From NCBI GenBank assembly GCA_040222015.1, contig JAVJWO010000129.1, positions 1-16,581 on the forward strand: DNA of 16,581 nt, in the 5' to 3' direction. Origin of the DNA: Coleofasciculus chthonoplastes F2-STO-03. GTDB lineage: Bacteria; Cyanobacteriota; Cyanobacteriia; Cyanobacteriales; Coleofasciculaceae. Positions within the stretch are counted from its first letter, which is position 1, and each line of letters starts with the position of its first letter. The notes beneath the pieces were generated by a model. It saw only the letters and a list, made by a program, of their open reading frames with translations, did not search any database and was not told where the DNA came from. Below, piece by piece: positions 16,127 through 16,581 of the stretch. The position numbers and the translations under genes were made by a program.

Positions 16127-16168
16127 GTAGTTATTTATACTCTATTAATTGTTAAATCCAGATAGATT
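16127..16168 (+). promoter_or_regulatory. Putative NtcA-activated (class II) promoter
   Basis: GTAGTTATTTATAC (GTA-N8-TAC, 16127-16140), exactly 22 nt, then TAGATT (TAN3T, 16163-16168). Confidence 0.55.
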
Positions 16169-16431
16169 TTTGTGGGATAGTACAGGTTGAAAAGATTTAT
16201 AAAATCAGTAGTTTAAGAGATAATCCGTCCTGGAGACCTCCGATACTATATAGTAATCCTCCGCAAGGTTGTGGCGATTTTCAAAACTGAAACCCTTGCT
16301 GTACTGGGGTTTCAATCCGTTCACTAGAGTAATCCTACTCACGGGGTGACAAGATAGCTGAAGTGTTGAGCTATCCTGCTTTTAGCCCATTTTTTCTCGT
16401 CACAGATAGGGTCAAAGATAGGAGTTTGTCT

Positions 16432-16490
16432 CTGGGGGATCAGCCCCCCAGACCCCCCGATGGGGGACGAGCGCCTCCCCCATACCCCCT
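16432..16490. repeat. G/C-tract double-hairpin small dispersed repeat
   Basis: TGGGGGATCAGCCCCCCAGACCCCCC followed by TGGGGGACGAGCGCCTCCCCCATACCCCC. Confidence 0.7.
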
Positions 16491-16581
16491 GCGCAACGCT
16501 TCGCTAATCCCATACCTCATCCGGTGGTCTTCATCTGTCAATAAGGATGTCAATAAGACTTTATCTTTGGAGATATTGATG

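Noticed and set aside
16285..16315. GAAACCCTTGCTGTACTGGGGTTTC as part of a CRISPR leader
   Set aside because: No repeat-spacer array follows within the window.

Overview
Cyanobacterial chromosomal window. At least 15 GCGATCGC HIP1 octamers, STRR-like heptamers and GTAG-type REP-like hairpins are present, and the gene content suggests a filamentous Oscillatoriales/Coleofasciculus-like strain (inference). The left half is a minus-strand cluster: a hypothetical membrane protein, a membrane-anchored TPR + LivJ-type ligand-binding protein, a membrane vWA protein, a 1099-aa tubulin/FtsZ-like (FtsZl1-type) GTPase with a C-terminal zinc ribbon, and two broken AT-rich Ser/Thr kinase genes. The last kinase appears cut by an ISL3-like end. 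A UPF0175/truncated-PIN toxin-antitoxin pair bracketed by 55-bp inverted repeats interrupts the cluster. The right half has ribD, an aldo/keto reductase, sucC-sucD with degenerate catalytic motifs (SucD phospho-His replaced by Asp) and two tandem rhomboid proteases. The strongest unannotated signal lies between sucD and the aldo/keto reductase: three GGGGT-N3-ACCCC (HetR-box-like) palindromes at 130/139-bp spacing. Two of them overlap the -35 region of near-identical putative 50-60 nt sRNA genes, each with a -10 box, a 5' GTAGATGCACCCTGAT and its own terminator. A canonical NtcA-type promoter is also present near the right end.
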